Positions 8,878 to 19,522 of a stretch of 53,180 bases of DNA are shown here, in pieces. Origin of the DNA: a virus (lineage: Duplodnaviria > Caudoviricetes); the IMG/VR virus record IMGVR_UViG_3300024255_000034, positions 1-53,180 of that record. The stretch is one strand, 5' to 3'. The notes beneath the pieces are model-generated. The model searched no databases and had not been told where the DNA came from. It was given only the letters and a program-made list of their open reading frames with translations. Every line of letters starts with the position of its first letter. The first letter of the stretch is position 1. The position numbers were made by a program, and so were the translations under genes.

Positions 8878-9504
8878 TTAAAAGGAATAATTTAGTAGAG
8901 ATTCTTCTGTAAATTTAATTTCTTTTACAGTTTGCATAACCTTAATACTGTTTGCATACATTTCGGGTCGGTCTTCTGAAACATGCATCTCAATCATGTT
9001 GGGTTTTATAACTGCAAACATATTATTACCACTCTTAGAATACAAACCTAACCAAGTATCAAAATCAAGTGTTTCGTTTGGGGTAGATTCTTTATCCCAT
9101 AGAACAAACTCTTGGTCTAACTTATTTAAATGTATGAGTGCATGAACTCTATGGGTGCCTGGATGTACAATCCACTTATCATCTTTCATGTAAGCTTGTG
9201 GAGTTGAGTACAACCCCTTAGTTCTAATCTCATTGATTAACCATATAAGTTTTGTTGCATGAAAGTTTTCGTTGTATTCATAGATATCCATTTTCTCTCT
9301 GAAGTTTTCTGCAACAACTGGTTCTAGTTCTTTGTTTTCTAGTAAATGTTTTGCTAGTCTTATGTGGTCTTCAGGTCTAGGTTCCCAATCGTTTTCTAGT
9401 GCTTCACCCAATGTGACTAATTTAGGTTTGACCACTAACCCATCAAATATTGTTCTGAGCTCGTCTATATCATTTTGGGTGTTTAAGTGCTTAATCTCTT
9501 CCAT
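8878..9504 (-). CDS. ParB/Srx-fold domain protein
   Basis: LINEIRTKGLYSTP...IVHPGTHRVHAL resembles the ParB-like core. Confidence 0.55.
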   Translation of the reverse strand: MEEIKHLNTQNDIDELRTIFDGLVVKPKLVTLGEALENDWEPRPEDHIRLAKHLLENKELEPVVAENFREKMDIYEYNENFHATKLIWLINEIRTKGLYSTPQAYMKDDKWIVHPGTHRVHALIHLNKLDQEFVLWDKESTPNETLDFDTWLGLYSKSGNNMFAVIKPNMIEMHVSEDRPEMYANSIKVMQTVKEIKFTEESLLNYSF

Positions 9505-10201
9505 TTAAATATTCCTCTACTAGTTTTATATCGTTAGGTGTATCTACAGATAATCCGATATCATTAACCTTTACCATTTTAACTTTATGTCCATTCTCTA
9601 TGTATCTAAACATTTCTACATTCTCTCTTTTTTCAAACTCACCTCTAGTAAGTGTTGAGAACATTGATAACATGTCTCTACTGAATGCATACAATCCCAT
9701 TTGTTGATACGGTGAAATAGGTAGTCTAGAAAAATGAGTTGCGTAGTTGTCTTTATTGAATGAAACTTTAACAACATTTATATCACTGTTTTTATAATCC
9801 TGTTCTATTTTAACATATGCATTAGATACACTACCTAGTGTGTAAGACTCTATTAGTTTATCAATTGCGTCAGGGTCAATCAGGGGTTCGTCACCTTGAA
9901 TGTTAACATATATGTCTGCATCAAGTGTATCAAGTGTAAGTGCAATTCGGTCAGTACCAGTAGGGACAACATTATCAATCCTGATTACATTCAGGTCATT
10001 GTCATTACAGTAGTTCTCAATTCGGTCATCATCCGTAACCACGTAGACTTCGTCTAGTCTCTTCGACATGGATGCTCGGTCATAGACACGTTGTATCATT
10101 GGTTGACCACTAATCATTGCAAGGGGTTTACCCTCGAATCTAGTTGAGCCCCAACGGGAAGGTATTAGACCGACTGTATTGATTTTGCTTTGTTCCAACA
10201 T
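9491..10201 (-). CDS. kdsB: CMP-KDO synthetase-like cytidylyltransferase
   Basis: IPSRWGSTRFEGKPL, TGTDRI, VNIQGDEP, FSR and SVDTP motifs. Confidence 0.88.
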   Translation of the reverse strand: MLEQSKINTVGLIPSRWGSTRFEGKPLAMISGQPMIQRVYDRASMSKRLDEVYVVTDDDRIENYCNDNDLNVIRIDNVVPTGTDRIALTLDTLDADIYVNIQGDEPLIDPDAIDKLIESYTLGSVSNAYVKIEQDYKNSDINVVKVSFNKDNYATHFSRLPISPYQQMGLYAFSRDMLSMFSTLTRGEFEKRENVEMFRYIENGHKVKMVKVNDIGLSVDTPNDIKLVEEYLNGRD

Positions 10202-10743
10202 TCTACTTTACCGTATCCATATTCTGCATGTATGAAATCTACGCCTGATGCATCTGCACATTCTTTGTCTACTATCATGTCTCCAACATAGACTGCATCT
10301 TTAGGACTAGTATTACAATGTGCAAGAGTAAATAATAATTGGTCGGGTGAGGGTTTACCTCTTAATCCTTCAGTGGGACAACAGATAAAATCAAACTCAA
10401 CATCTAACTTAGATAAGATGTCGTGTGTTCTATCTTTATGTTTAGATGTGACAACTGCAAGTTTCTTTCCTTGTGACTTAAGGTGTTGTAAATGTTCTTC
10501 TACACCGTCATAAAACTTAATCAACTTACTATTCTTTGATGAGAACTTGTTATATTTTATCATTAACTCATCTTGGTCAGTAAGTATACCTATTTCAGTT
10601 AGTATATCTTTGAATGGTTTACCTATTAACTTGAAGTAATCTTTAAAATCTCTACCAGTGTTAAGAGAGTTGAATGACTTCTCCATGTTTTCTTTTGAAT
10701 CAATTAAGACTCCGTCTAAATCAAATATGTATAATGTCTTCAT
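10165..10743 (-). CDS. HAD-superfamily phosphatase (Gph-like)
   Basis: FDLDGVLIDS, VVTSK, KPSPD and YVGDMIVD motifs I-IV. Confidence 0.9.
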   Translation of the reverse strand: MKTLYIFDLDGVLIDSKENMEKSFNSLNTGRDFKDYFKLIGKPFKDILTEIGILTDQDELMIKYNKFSSKNSKLIKFYDGVEEHLQHLKSQGKKLAVVTSKHKDRTHDILSKLDVEFDFICCPTEGLRGKPSPDQLLFTLAHCNTSPKDAVYVGDMIVDKECADASGVDFIHAEYGYGKVECWNKAKSIQSV

Positions 10744-11171
10744 GTTAGGTGGTCTTCAGTTAATATTCTAAACTTCAATCGTCTATCGTTACAATACTCT
10801 TCTGCAGCTTTAAACTTTGCTTGATTGACAGCATAGGTTGCAATCTCATTGATGTATCGTTTGGTTTGTCGTTTAGGTTCCTTTGGGGGTTTAAGTTGCT
10901 TCTTGGGTTTAACTTCTATAATCTCTCTTATAGATTGTCCCTTATCGTTAACATACTTTATGTAAAAGTCAGGAAAGTATCTATGTACTTTTTTATCTAA
11001 AGGAGACTTATATGGAATGATAACTTCTTCACTACCCCATTCTATGATATTGGTATTAGTATCACAATAGACCATGAATCTTCGTTCCCATAAAGACCTG
11101 TATATTATCTTTGTGGGGTCTCCTTTGTATTTTTTATAGTTCTTTGGTTTAAACCTTCCGCTGTACGACAT
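10740..11171 (-). CDS. gp4: Head completion nuclease (start revised to MSYSGRFKP at 11171)
   Basis: KYKGDPTKIIYRSLWERRFM, WGSEE, RYFPDF and IEVKP motifs. Confidence 0.92.
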   Translation of the reverse strand: MSYSGRFKPKNYKKYKGDPTKIIYRSLWERRFMVYCDTNTNIIEWGSEEVIIPYKSPLDKKVHRYFPDFYIKYVNDKGQSIREIIEVKPKKQLKPPKEPKRQTKRYINEIATYAVNQAKFKAAEEYCNDRRLKFRILTEDHLT

Positions 11172-11207
11172 AAATAGATATGAATAAGTTATATACAGGT
11201 ATTTATA
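11169..11207. promoter_or_regulatory. Overlapping late promoters for the divergent gp4 and gp48 units
   Basis: TATAAATA on the minus strand at 11200-11207; variant CATAAATA on the plus strand at 11169-11176. Confidence 0.65.
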
Positions 11208-11208
11208 C

Positions 11209-12402
11209 ATGGCATCAGTAAACAAATTTTTATCAAAACTCAATCAAGCATCTACAGCACTTAAGTCGGTTAAAGGTATATCGAGTAAAATATTTGGTAC
11301 AGGATACCAAACGAATGTATCTACACAAGAACAAGATGTTGAAATTGAAAGAAGAAGACTTCAAGAAAGAGCAAAAGCTTTAAAAAGTAAAAACATTGGG
11401 TTAAATATGATACCCAAATATGAAGCTAAAGTGAATCCTCAACTTTCAGCAACTGAATTGGTTTATCCAAAGGATAATCTTGTAGATAATTATATTCACT
11501 TTACAATTGAACCAAGAAAAGAGAGGGAAGGTTCACCAAGTGCATTATCATCTTCAAGTACAGAGATTTACCTATATGCTCCAAATGTAAAGAATGATGC
11601 ACCTTCCATTTCTTATAATAATGTTGATTTTGGAAACGTGCAGAGAGATATATTAAGTGGTGGACTTAATATTGCTGATATGGATGGTGGTATTAGTGCT
11701 GAACTAAAAGAGATGATAACGAAATTAGGCAATAGTATTGCATTGGGTACACGTAACTTTAAGGACGATAGAACATTTAATCCACAAAAGGAAGTTATGT
11801 TTGAAGGTATTCAGTTTAGAACTTATGATATGGCATTTCAATTTAGACCAAATAGTATAGAAGAGACAGAAGAGATTAACAATATCATATGGGCATTCAA
11901 GACTGCAATGTTGCCAGATACATTTCAAATGGCTCAAGGAATAGGTAAAGAATCAGAAAAATTTAGTGAAAACTACTTCAACTTACCCAATAATATCTTA
12001 ATAGAGTGGTACGGTACAATTAAACAGAAGATTGACGGATTTTTACCATCATTCATAACTAATGTATCGGTTCAATACAATGGTGGTAATAAACTGGAAA
12101 CCTTTAGTGATGGTATGCCTTTAGTTGTAGACATGACTCTTTCATTTGTAGAAAATGTTTTAATGACACAAGAAAATTATCAGAGTATTACTGCAAGTAG
12201 TAAAAAAGTAGACCTTAAACCATCTCCAAGTGCTAGAGAGATAAGAGATAATGCTAATGCAACATCTAACGAGGTTCAAAATAAAAAATCTAACATAGAA
12301 CTAAACATTCCAACATATCAAGACCCTGGCTACACAGCTCCTGATGGAACTAAATTTAAAGATGGTAAAATAATTTATCAAAGACCTTTTGGGGCTGGAT
12401 AA
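11209..12402 (+). CDS. gp48: Baseplate tail tube cap
   Basis: NPQKEVMFEGIQFRTYDMAFQFRPNS, ITNVSVQY and DGMPLVVDMTLSFVE motifs. Confidence 0.85.
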   Translation: MASVNKFLSKLNQASTALKSVKGISSKIFGTGYQTNVSTQEQDVEIERRRLQERAKALKSKNIGLNMIPKYEAKVNPQLSATELVYPKDNLVDNYIHFTIEPRKEREGSPSALSSSSTEIYLYAPNVKNDAPSISYNNVDFGNVQRDILSGGLNIADMDGGISAELKEMITKLGNSIALGTRNFKDDRTFNPQKEVMFEGIQFRTYDMAFQFRPNSIEETEEINNIIWAFKTAMLPDTFQMAQGIGKESEKFSENYFNLPNNILIEWYGTIKQKIDGFLPSFITNVSVQYNGGNKLETFSDGMPLVVDMTLSFVENVLMTQENYQSITASSKKVDLKPSPSAREIRDNANATSNEVQNKKSNIELNIPTYQDPGYTAPDGTKFKDGKIIYQRPFGAG

Positions 12403-12407
12403 TAACC

Positions 12408-13145
12408 ATGGCAAACGAACTATATAAAAATTTTCCCGAAATACAATATACTTTATCTAATGGTAAAGTCGTTACAATAAAAGATTTCTTTAGAAAGGCT
12501 AGAATATCATCTTTCAGTCTTGATAAGGTTGTTGACTATGAATACTACGAATTAACCGAAGGCGAACGACCTGATGTAGCCGCATCTAAGATATATGGTG
12601 ACAGTGATTTACATTGGATTTTCTTTTTAGTTAATGACATGGAAAATTACTATGACTGGTATATGAGTTCAGAGACATTTGAAACACATATAGATTCTAA
12701 GTATGCTGGTCAATACTTAACCTTTGCAACAACTGATGATGTTGTACAATACCCTAATTATGATAGTCAAGGAAACTTACTAAACACTAGAAAATATCTA
12801 TTAGGAGAAAAGGTCGACACTACAAAAGGAACTGGACATATCTTAGAAGTAGACCCACTAAATAAAAGAGTTAGGGTAGAAAGAGGACAATGGGAACAAG
12901 GAGAAACCTTAGTTGGATTAAATAAATCATCTGTAATTACAAGTATTATAGAACCTAGAGATGTTATAGTACATTACGAAAATGTTGATGGAGTTAAAAC
13001 CAATGTTCCTACAGCTGGTTATACTAGTGTCTCTTTATGGCAAAACGAATACAATAAAAATGAAAACAAAAGGCGAATAAAAATAGTGAAACCATCTTAT
13101 ATGAATATAGTTTTACGAGAGTTTGAAACCTTAATGTCCAAATAG
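12408..13145 (+). CDS. gp53: Baseplate wedge subunit
   Basis: FPEIQY, GERPDVAASKIYGDSDLHWIFFLVN and ENKRRIKI motifs. Confidence 0.9.
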   Translation: MANELYKNFPEIQYTLSNGKVVTIKDFFRKARISSFSLDKVVDYEYYELTEGERPDVAASKIYGDSDLHWIFFLVNDMENYYDWYMSSETFETHIDSKYAGQYLTFATTDDVVQYPNYDSQGNLLNTRKYLLGEKVDTTKGTGHILEVDPLNKRVRVERGQWEQGETLVGLNKSSVITSIIEPRDVIVHYENVDGVKTNVPTAGYTSVSLWQNEYNKNENKRRIKIVKPSYMNIVLREFETLMSK

Positions 13146-13146
13146 T

Positions 13147-14541
13147 ATGGACAATCAATTAGGAAAAGTCAAAGTACGAGAAGTCACCATTCAATATGGA
13201 GACCAAGAAACCGACTTTGTTAATATAGTAAATCAAGTAAATTCAATTTCAATATATGAAAGTATATTCAGTAAACACCTTACTGGAAATGTTGTTGTGG
13301 TTGATGCAAGAAATCTAATCAATAACTTACTATTGACTGGTCAAGAGAATATAACCATTAATTGTGAAATGGCAGAGGGTGGAAATTCGGTAAACAGAAC
13401 CTTTAGATTATATAAAATTTCTAACCTTATAAGAGAGGGAGATTTAGTTCAGATATACACTATGCACTTTTGTGACCCATTGATGTATAGAAGTAAAGAA
13501 GAAAGAATAAGTCAAGCTCTTAGGGGTTCTCATACAGATATGATTGAAGGTCTTTTTGAAGAACTTAGTGGAGACTCTAATTTTATACCACTATTTACTG
13601 AATTTGAAGAAACACAAGGTGACAATCATCAATTCGTTGTACCAAATTGGTCTGTTAATAAAACATTAGATTGGTTAGTAAATAATAGTAATCCAACTAG
13701 CGAAGCTTCCTATAAAAACTCAATGTTTTTGTATCAGGACATGATAGGACAGTATCAGTTTAAATCTATGGATAACATGTTAAATGATACAGAAGAAGAT
13801 GTATTCCACCATGTTCCATACAATGCATTTACTAACGTAAGTTCCGAAGAACGTAATTTAGTTATACTAAGTTCAAATAAACCACAAGAGTTTGATACTC
13901 TTCGTGGATTGTCTACTGGTGCATACGCTTCACTATTAAAAGTATATGACCCTATTAGAAAACTAGAAAGTGTTAAAGAATATGATATTGAAGATACTAT
14001 TCAAAGGAGACAAGATGTCAGAGATGGTAATAGTATTCTTGCACAAGAAAATCCATTAACACCTCTCATAACAAAAGAGACTACATTTCCTAAACCACAT
14101 AAGTTAGAACAACCTACTACCATACTTCATGAGTATACCACAACTCATATGTTTGATAATAAAGATAAGATTGATGATGAGGAAGTTTTTATGGGTGTTA
14201 AACATACTGATAATAGTAAATTAGAAAGACATGCATTACTAGAAATCTTAAATCAAAATAGAATAGAGGTTGTCGTACCCTTTACTACTAAGATAAGGGC
14301 TGGTAAAAAGATACTATTAGATTTACCAAAAGGTGAAGTTAAAATAGGTAAAAGCAAAGGAATAGAATTTGATAATTATTACTTAATTACAGGAGTTTCT
14401 ATTCATATAGATAATGCGACTAAAGTGGGAACATGTAATTTAGAATGTTCAAAAGAAAGTAAACTATTATCAAAAATAGAACAAAATTATAGTCAAAAGG
14501 TGGCAGATATACTAACAGGTATGGAACCGAATAAATCATGA
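13147..14541 (+). CDS. Baseplate hub protein (gp27-like)
   Basis: ISIYESIFSKHLTG, GQENITI and FLYQD...YQFKS motifs; lies between gp53 and gp5. Confidence 0.65.
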   Translation: MDNQLGKVKVREVTIQYGDQETDFVNIVNQVNSISIYESIFSKHLTGNVVVVDARNLINNLLLTGQENITINCEMAEGGNSVNRTFRLYKISNLIREGDLVQIYTMHFCDPLMYRSKEERISQALRGSHTDMIEGLFEELSGDSNFIPLFTEFEETQGDNHQFVVPNWSVNKTLDWLVNNSNPTSEASYKNSMFLYQDMIGQYQFKSMDNMLNDTEEDVFHHVPYNAFTNVSSEERNLVILSSNKPQEFDTLRGLSTGAYASLLKVYDPIRKLESVKEYDIEDTIQRRQDVRDGNSILAQENPLTPLITKETTFPKPHKLEQPTTILHEYTTTHMFDNKDKIDDEEVFMGVKHTDNSKLERHALLEILNQNRIEVVVPFTTKIRAGKKILLDLPKGEVKIGKSKGIEFDNYYLITGVSIHIDNATKVGTCNLECSKESKLLSKIEQNYSQKVADILTGMEPNKS

Positions 14542-15584
14542 TACATTACTACGGAATAGTTGAAGATAGAAATGACCCTCTTGAAATAGGTAGAGTGAGA
14601 GTTCGTATCTATGGTATTCATACTGAGAACAAATCACTAATTGCAACACCCGACCTTCCATGGTCTCAAGTATTACTTCCAACAACCTCTGCAGGTCTTT
14701 CGGGATTTGGAACACAACATGGTTTAGTTGAAGGGTCAACTATTGTTGGGTTCTTTCGTAATGATGTTGATATGCAAGACTTTATTATCATTGGTTCTGT
14801 TGCAGGTATACCTTCAGAAGGTTATCGAAAAGATGCAAATGATAAGATTAAAAAAAGAACTCCTGATGAAGGTTTCAGTGACCCTAGACGATTAACCAAA
14901 GCTGATTATGATAAAACGGTTGACGGTAAAAATCCACCCGAAGTTAAAAGACCTTTTGGACTAGAACATGGATTAGACACTGCACCTATCAAACCAAAAA
15001 AATTAAAGTTAAAATATTCAGGAAAGGGGTCTTCATATGAGAATCCAAAACTTACTGAAAAAGATTTACCACTATATCCTTTATATACAGACGAATCAGA
15101 TGTATCAAAATATGCAAGAGGTGAGATAGAATATGATAAAGGTGGTGATAATGAGAAAGCTGGTGTCGTAGAATTAGGAGGAAGGGATACTTATTTTAAT
15201 TCTACTGTTATGAATCCACCTTCCAGTTTTCATGATATACCTTCACCTCAATATCCATATAACAAAGTTTATGAATCTGAATCGGGTCACATAATAGAAG
15301 TAGACGATACAAGAGATGCAGAAAGGATTGCAGTGGAACATAGAACAGGAACCTTCTTTGAAATACACCCTGATGGTTCTCAGGTTACTAGAATTGTAAA
15401 TGACAATTGGTATGCTGTATACAAAGACAATGAAATGTATGTTGGTGGTAATTGTAAAGTTTATGTAGAAGGAAATGCGAAGATAGAAGTTAAGGGAACA
15501 ACTGATATAGAATCAACAGGAAATCTATCAGTCGTTGCACCACAAATAAGTTTAGACGGTACAGTTATTAAGTTGAATTCATAA
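14538..15584 (+). CDS. gp5: Baseplate central spike, no lysozyme domain
   Basis: GIVEDRNDPLEIGRVRVRIYG OB fold; YPYNKVYESESGHIIEVDDT; short beta-helix. Confidence 0.9.
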   Translation: MIHYYGIVEDRNDPLEIGRVRVRIYGIHTENKSLIATPDLPWSQVLLPTTSAGLSGFGTQHGLVEGSTIVGFFRNDVDMQDFIIIGSVAGIPSEGYRKDANDKIKKRTPDEGFSDPRRLTKADYDKTVDGKNPPEVKRPFGLEHGLDTAPIKPKKLKLKYSGKGSSYENPKLTEKDLPLYPLYTDESDVSKYARGEIEYDKGGDNEKAGVVELGGRDTYFNSTVMNPPSSFHDIPSPQYPYNKVYESESGHIIEVDDTRDAERIAVEHRTGTFFEIHPDGSQVTRIVNDNWYAVYKDNEMYVGGNCKVYVEGNAKIEVKGTTDIESTGNLSVVAPQISLDGTVIKLNS

Positions 15585-16666
15585 TGGCACTTATACTTCC
15601 AGTAATACCTCTAAGTCTTCCATGTCCCGATGGAACTATAATCAATCTACCAACAAAGGCAGACTTAGTCAATGCAATTGCAAAGATAGGAGATATACCC
15701 AGTCAACTAAAAGTTTATCTTGTAACGAATGCAAGTGAGATAACTGCAGAGGCAAGAGAACAGATTGAAAAAATTATCAAAGAAGTAGAAGACTTCATGG
15801 ACAAACTTGCAAATATCGCTTCTCCTTATTGGGATAAGGGAACAGTTCGTAATTGGGGTAAAGAGGCCAGAGAAGCAATAGAAGAACTATTACAAGAGTT
15901 TCATATCTACATCCCAGTAAAGATTATGGAATTGATTAGTAAGATTATTCCAGTGTCATTTACGGTCACTCTTTTAGGAATAAGTATAGATGTACTTAAA
16001 ATCTTAACCAAAGAAGAACAGACAAATATAAAAATCCAAATCGGTGCAAAGGTAGATACCTTTTATGCACTCATTCCTGATGAGTATAAATTATTTGACG
16101 GTGAGTTTGGAATAGAATGTAATGAGTGGAAAGCAAAAGTTATATGGAAGTATCTAAAAAGTGAAATTATGGATTGGGTGACTAACTCCATATTCAAGTT
16201 ATTTGATAAACTTATAGGTAAGTTTGAAGATATATGGAAAGCACTAAAACTTCCAAGTCTACCTGCTCTTTTTTCATTTGATTTGGGTGCATTAATTAAT
16301 CTATGGAAGGCACAAGCAAAAGCAAAGTTTGGGGAAAAGACTAAAGAGTATAGAGAGTATATTATAAACAAACTAGAAAGTTTAAAAATTGCTGGATTTG
16401 ACATACTTGCAATCATAGGTAGTAAGGTTGAATTAACTGTACAATCACTAGAAGATAAAATCAATGAGATAATTTCAGACTTTAGAGATTTTATAATTAA
16501 CTGGAAAAAGAAACTACTATTTGATTGGGTTAAAATTGTAGAAAAGTTCTTTAAAGCAATAGGACTTGGTAAGATATTTGATTTCATAAATCTAACATTT
16601 TGTGATTTACTAAAACTTGTAGGCTTTCCACAATCAATTGACATTTCACTTCCCAAGAACGTATAA
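15584..16666 (+). CDS. Hypothetical amphipathic-helical protein in the baseplate operon
   Basis: 360 aa ORF coupled to gp5; rich in Ile/Leu/Lys/Trp. Confidence 0.7.
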   Translation: MALILPVIPLSLPCPDGTIINLPTKADLVNAIAKIGDIPSQLKVYLVTNASEITAEAREQIEKIIKEVEDFMDKLANIASPYWDKGTVRNWGKEAREAIEELLQEFHIYIPVKIMELISKIIPVSFTVTLLGISIDVLKILTKEEQTNIKIQIGAKVDTFYALIPDEYKLFDGEFGIECNEWKAKVIWKYLKSEIMDWVTNSIFKLFDKLIGKFEDIWKALKLPSLPALFSFDLGALINLWKAQAKAKFGEKTKEYREYIINKLESLKIAGFDILAIIGSKVELTVQSLEDKINEIISDFRDFIINWKKKLLFDWVKIVEKFFKAIGLGKIFDFINLTFCDLLKLVGFPQSIDISLPKNV

Positions 16667-16669
16667 ATA
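16662..16669 (+). promoter_or_regulatory. Late promoter, 5 nt before the gp25 ATG
   Basis: TATAAATA-GTATT-ATG. Confidence 0.8.
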
Positions 16670-16674
16670 GTATT

Positions 16675-17094
16675 ATGGCACAATATGTTAACAATGGAAC
16701 AACAGTCGCAAGTGAGAACATTTACTCGGACTTAAACATTTCCTTTAAGGCACATCCAATTACGGGAGATGTGACAAGAACCACTGATGTTGATTCAGTT
16801 ATAAGGTCTATAAAAAATATAGTATCAACTAATGCATATGAAAGACCATTCAAACCAAATTTTGGTGCAGACATAAGGTCTATGTTATTTGAATTAGATA
16901 CTACCATGTTTGGTCAGGATAGGGTTGCAAAAAGAATTGCAAATAAAATAGAAACTTTTGAACCTAGAGTAAGTGATGTGAAAATATCATTAGACGAAGT
17001 AAACCGTAATGAACTAAACATGACAATTTACTTTAGAGTAATAAACAGTATTAATGTAGAAGAGATTCAGTACATATTGACAAGGACACGATAA
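16675..17094 (+). CDS. gp25: Baseplate wedge / sheath initiator
   Basis: YSDLNISF, SIKNIVST, ERPFKPNFG and FEPRV motifs. Confidence 0.93.
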   Translation: MAQYVNNGTTVASENIYSDLNISFKAHPITGDVTRTTDVDSVIRSIKNIVSTNAYERPFKPNFGADIRSMLFELDTTMFGQDRVAKRIANKIETFEPRVSDVKISLDEVNRNELNMTIYFRVINSINVEEIQYILTRTR

Positions 17095-18965
17095 TGGCTA
17101 TAAAAAGTTCACAATTAAACATAACCGATTTAGATTTTGATGATATATCAGTAAACCTTAGAAATTATCTTAAAGGACAAGACCAATTCAAAGACTATGA
17201 CTTTGATGGTTCAAACATGTCTGTATTAATAGACTTACTTTCATATGCTTCACACATTGGTGCAGTTAATACTAACATTGCAGCTTCAGAACTGTTCTTA
17301 GATTCTGCTCAAATCAGAAAGAACGTAGTGTCTCGTGCAAAGGATTTAGGATTTATTCCTCAATCAGAAACGGGGTCAACTGCAATTGTAGATATTACAC
17401 TTAATGACGTGAGGAATCCTGATGGAACTTACCCGACAACTACTGAAATGACTTTAAGTAGAGGTTCTATTTTTAACACTACCTTTGATGGTAGTACATA
17501 TTCCTTTGTGTGTCCAACTACAATAAAACCAATACAAAATGGTGATTCTTATGTTTACAATCAAGTAAACTTAGTTCAAGGAATATATGCAAGTGATACT
17601 TTCGTATATGATTCACAATTACCTAATCCTAAATTTGTACTAACTAACAACAGAGTTGATAAATCAAGAATACAAGTAAGTGTAAACTCAAATGGTGTTT
17701 CAACAACTTATGCATTATCAACTAATATCTCAACAATAACAACAGAGTCTACCGTCTTCTATGAACAAGAAAACGAAGATGGTTTTAGAGAAATATATTT
17801 TGGAGATGGTGTATTAGGTAAACAACTATTAGACGGTGACATTATAACTATGACTTATATTATAGTAGATAAGAAACATGCAAATGGTGCTAGAACATTT
17901 TCAATGTTAAACAATATTAATGGGTTTTCAAATACCACAATAACTGCCTCTTCAGTTGCTCAAGGTGGTGCAGAGAAAGAGTCTATAGATTCCATCAAGT
18001 TTAAAGCTAATAAGTTCTATACTTCACAAAACAGACTAGTCACATTGAATGACTACAAAGCAAAAGTCAGTGAGTATTATCCAAATGCAGACGCAGTTGC
18101 AGTATGGGGTGGTGAAGATAACAATCCACCTGAGTATGGAAAAATATTTGTTGCTCTAAAACCTAAGAACTCTGATTACTTATCCGATACTGAAAAAAGT
18201 AATGTTATTAAAAAGTTAAATGCATTGAACATGTTAACAGTTAGACCAACTATTGTTAACCCTGAAATTATTAAGATACTTATATCTTCAACATTTAAAT
18301 ATAACCCAAATGCAACTTCATTGTCAGAGGGTGAGTTGGAGACTGTAGTTACAAATGCAATCAACACATTCGATAATCAAAACTTAAGTAATTTTGATTC
18401 AATCTTTAGACACTCTAATCTTATAAAAGATATAGACAATTCAAACGATTCAATTCTTTCTAACACAACAAACATTAGATTGAAAAAATCTCAAAAAGTT
18501 TTTACAGACACTACAAGAGGTGTAGTTGTTGAGTTCGGTAATGGACTTTACAACCCACATGTAGGTCATGCAAAGGCTAGTGGTGGTATTTTATCCACTA
18601 CTGGTTTCAAAGTTTCAGGTGATTCAGTAAATACTCAGTATTTTGATGATGACGGTAATGGTAATCTAAGAAGATACTATCTATCGGGGTCAACAAGAAT
18701 CTATCAAGATAGTTCTGCAGGAACTGTAGACTATTCAACTGGAAAAATTTCAATCAATACTGTTTTCTTTACTTCGGTAGTAAATGTAGACAGTACGATT
18801 GACTTTACCGTTATCCCTAATAGTTTGGATGTGGTTGCAACTAGAGGTAATCTAGTTGATATCGACCAACAATCTATTACGGTGAAAGGTGAAATAGACA
18901 CCATCGCAAGTGGTGAATCAAGTGCTGGAGTTGGTTATACATCAACCTCTTCCAGTAGTTATTAA
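17094..18965 (+). CDS. gp6: Baseplate wedge subunit
   Basis: LDFDDI...FKDYDFDGS, FLDSAQIR, FGDGVLGK, QNRLVTLNDY and WGGEDN motifs. Confidence 0.95.
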   Translation: MAIKSSQLNITDLDFDDISVNLRNYLKGQDQFKDYDFDGSNMSVLIDLLSYASHIGAVNTNIAASELFLDSAQIRKNVVSRAKDLGFIPQSETGSTAIVDITLNDVRNPDGTYPTTTEMTLSRGSIFNTTFDGSTYSFVCPTTIKPIQNGDSYVYNQVNLVQGIYASDTFVYDSQLPNPKFVLTNNRVDKSRIQVSVNSNGVSTTYALSTNISTITTESTVFYEQENEDGFREIYFGDGVLGKQLLDGDIITMTYIIVDKKHANGARTFSMLNNINGFSNTTITASSVAQGGAEKESIDSIKFKANKFYTSQNRLVTLNDYKAKVSEYYPNADAVAVWGGEDNNPPEYGKIFVALKPKNSDYLSDTEKSNVIKKLNALNMLTVRPTIVNPEIIKILISSTFKYNPNATSLSEGELETVVTNAINTFDNQNLSNFDSIFRHSNLIKDIDNSNDSILSNTTNIRLKKSQKVFTDTTRGVVVEFGNGLYNPHVGHAKASGGILSTTGFKVSGDSVNTQYFDDDGNGNLRRYYLSGSTRIYQDSSAGTVDYSTGKISINTVFFTSVVNVDSTIDFTVIPNSLDVVATRGNLVDIDQQSITVKGEIDTIASGESSAGVGYTSTSSSSY

Positions 18966-19040
18966 TCGTTATGTAGAAAGTGGTCGGGAGTCCCCCGAGT
19001 AGTTTCCCATTAATTTGGATTTTATAGGAGTAAAATTAAA

Positions 19041-19514
19041 ATGGCAGATAAAAAAATAAGTGCTTTAACAGCAGTCGCAGATTCAGAAATCGGTGCTGAT
19101 GATTTATTGCATATAGTAGATAATCCTGGCGGAACACCAGTAAATAAAAAAATGACAATTGGTCAATTGTTTGAAAATATCCCTACTCACCTTGCAGTAG
19201 ATGATATTACAACTTTGACTGCTACAGCAGCAAACCTTGCATCATCATTCGTATCAGCGATTGACTTGTCAGGTGCTAGTGCTTCAGTTGCATTTACTTT
19301 AGATGACGGTACAGATGTTGGTCAGATTAAAATCATTTATGCAAAAACTGAACCTGCAAGTTCATACAGTGCAAACATTGAAGTCACTAACTGGGGTTAT
19401 TCATCAACTTCAGGTACTGAAATAGTACTAGACTCACAAGGTGAAGCTGTGATTTGTATTTGGGACGGTTCTAAATGGTACCCAATTTCTGTTTTCGGTG
19501 CAACAGTACAGTAA
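19041..19514 (+). CDS. Putative virion structural protein
   Basis: MADKKISALT N-terminal motif; DGTDVGQIKII...WDGSKW beta domain; strong SD. Confidence 0.65.
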   Translation: MADKKISALTAVADSEIGADDLLHIVDNPGGTPVNKKMTIGQLFENIPTHLAVDDITTLTATAANLASSFVSAIDLSGASASVAFTLDDGTDVGQIKIIYAKTEPASSYSANIEVTNWGYSSTSGTEIVLDSQGEAVICIWDGSKWYPISVFGATVQ

Positions 19515-19522
19515 AATAGAAT

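Noticed and set aside
11172-11243. Longer TTG-start N-terminus of gp4 in the ORF track
   Set aside because: It overlaps gp48 and the promoters; the family start MSYSGRF is at 11171
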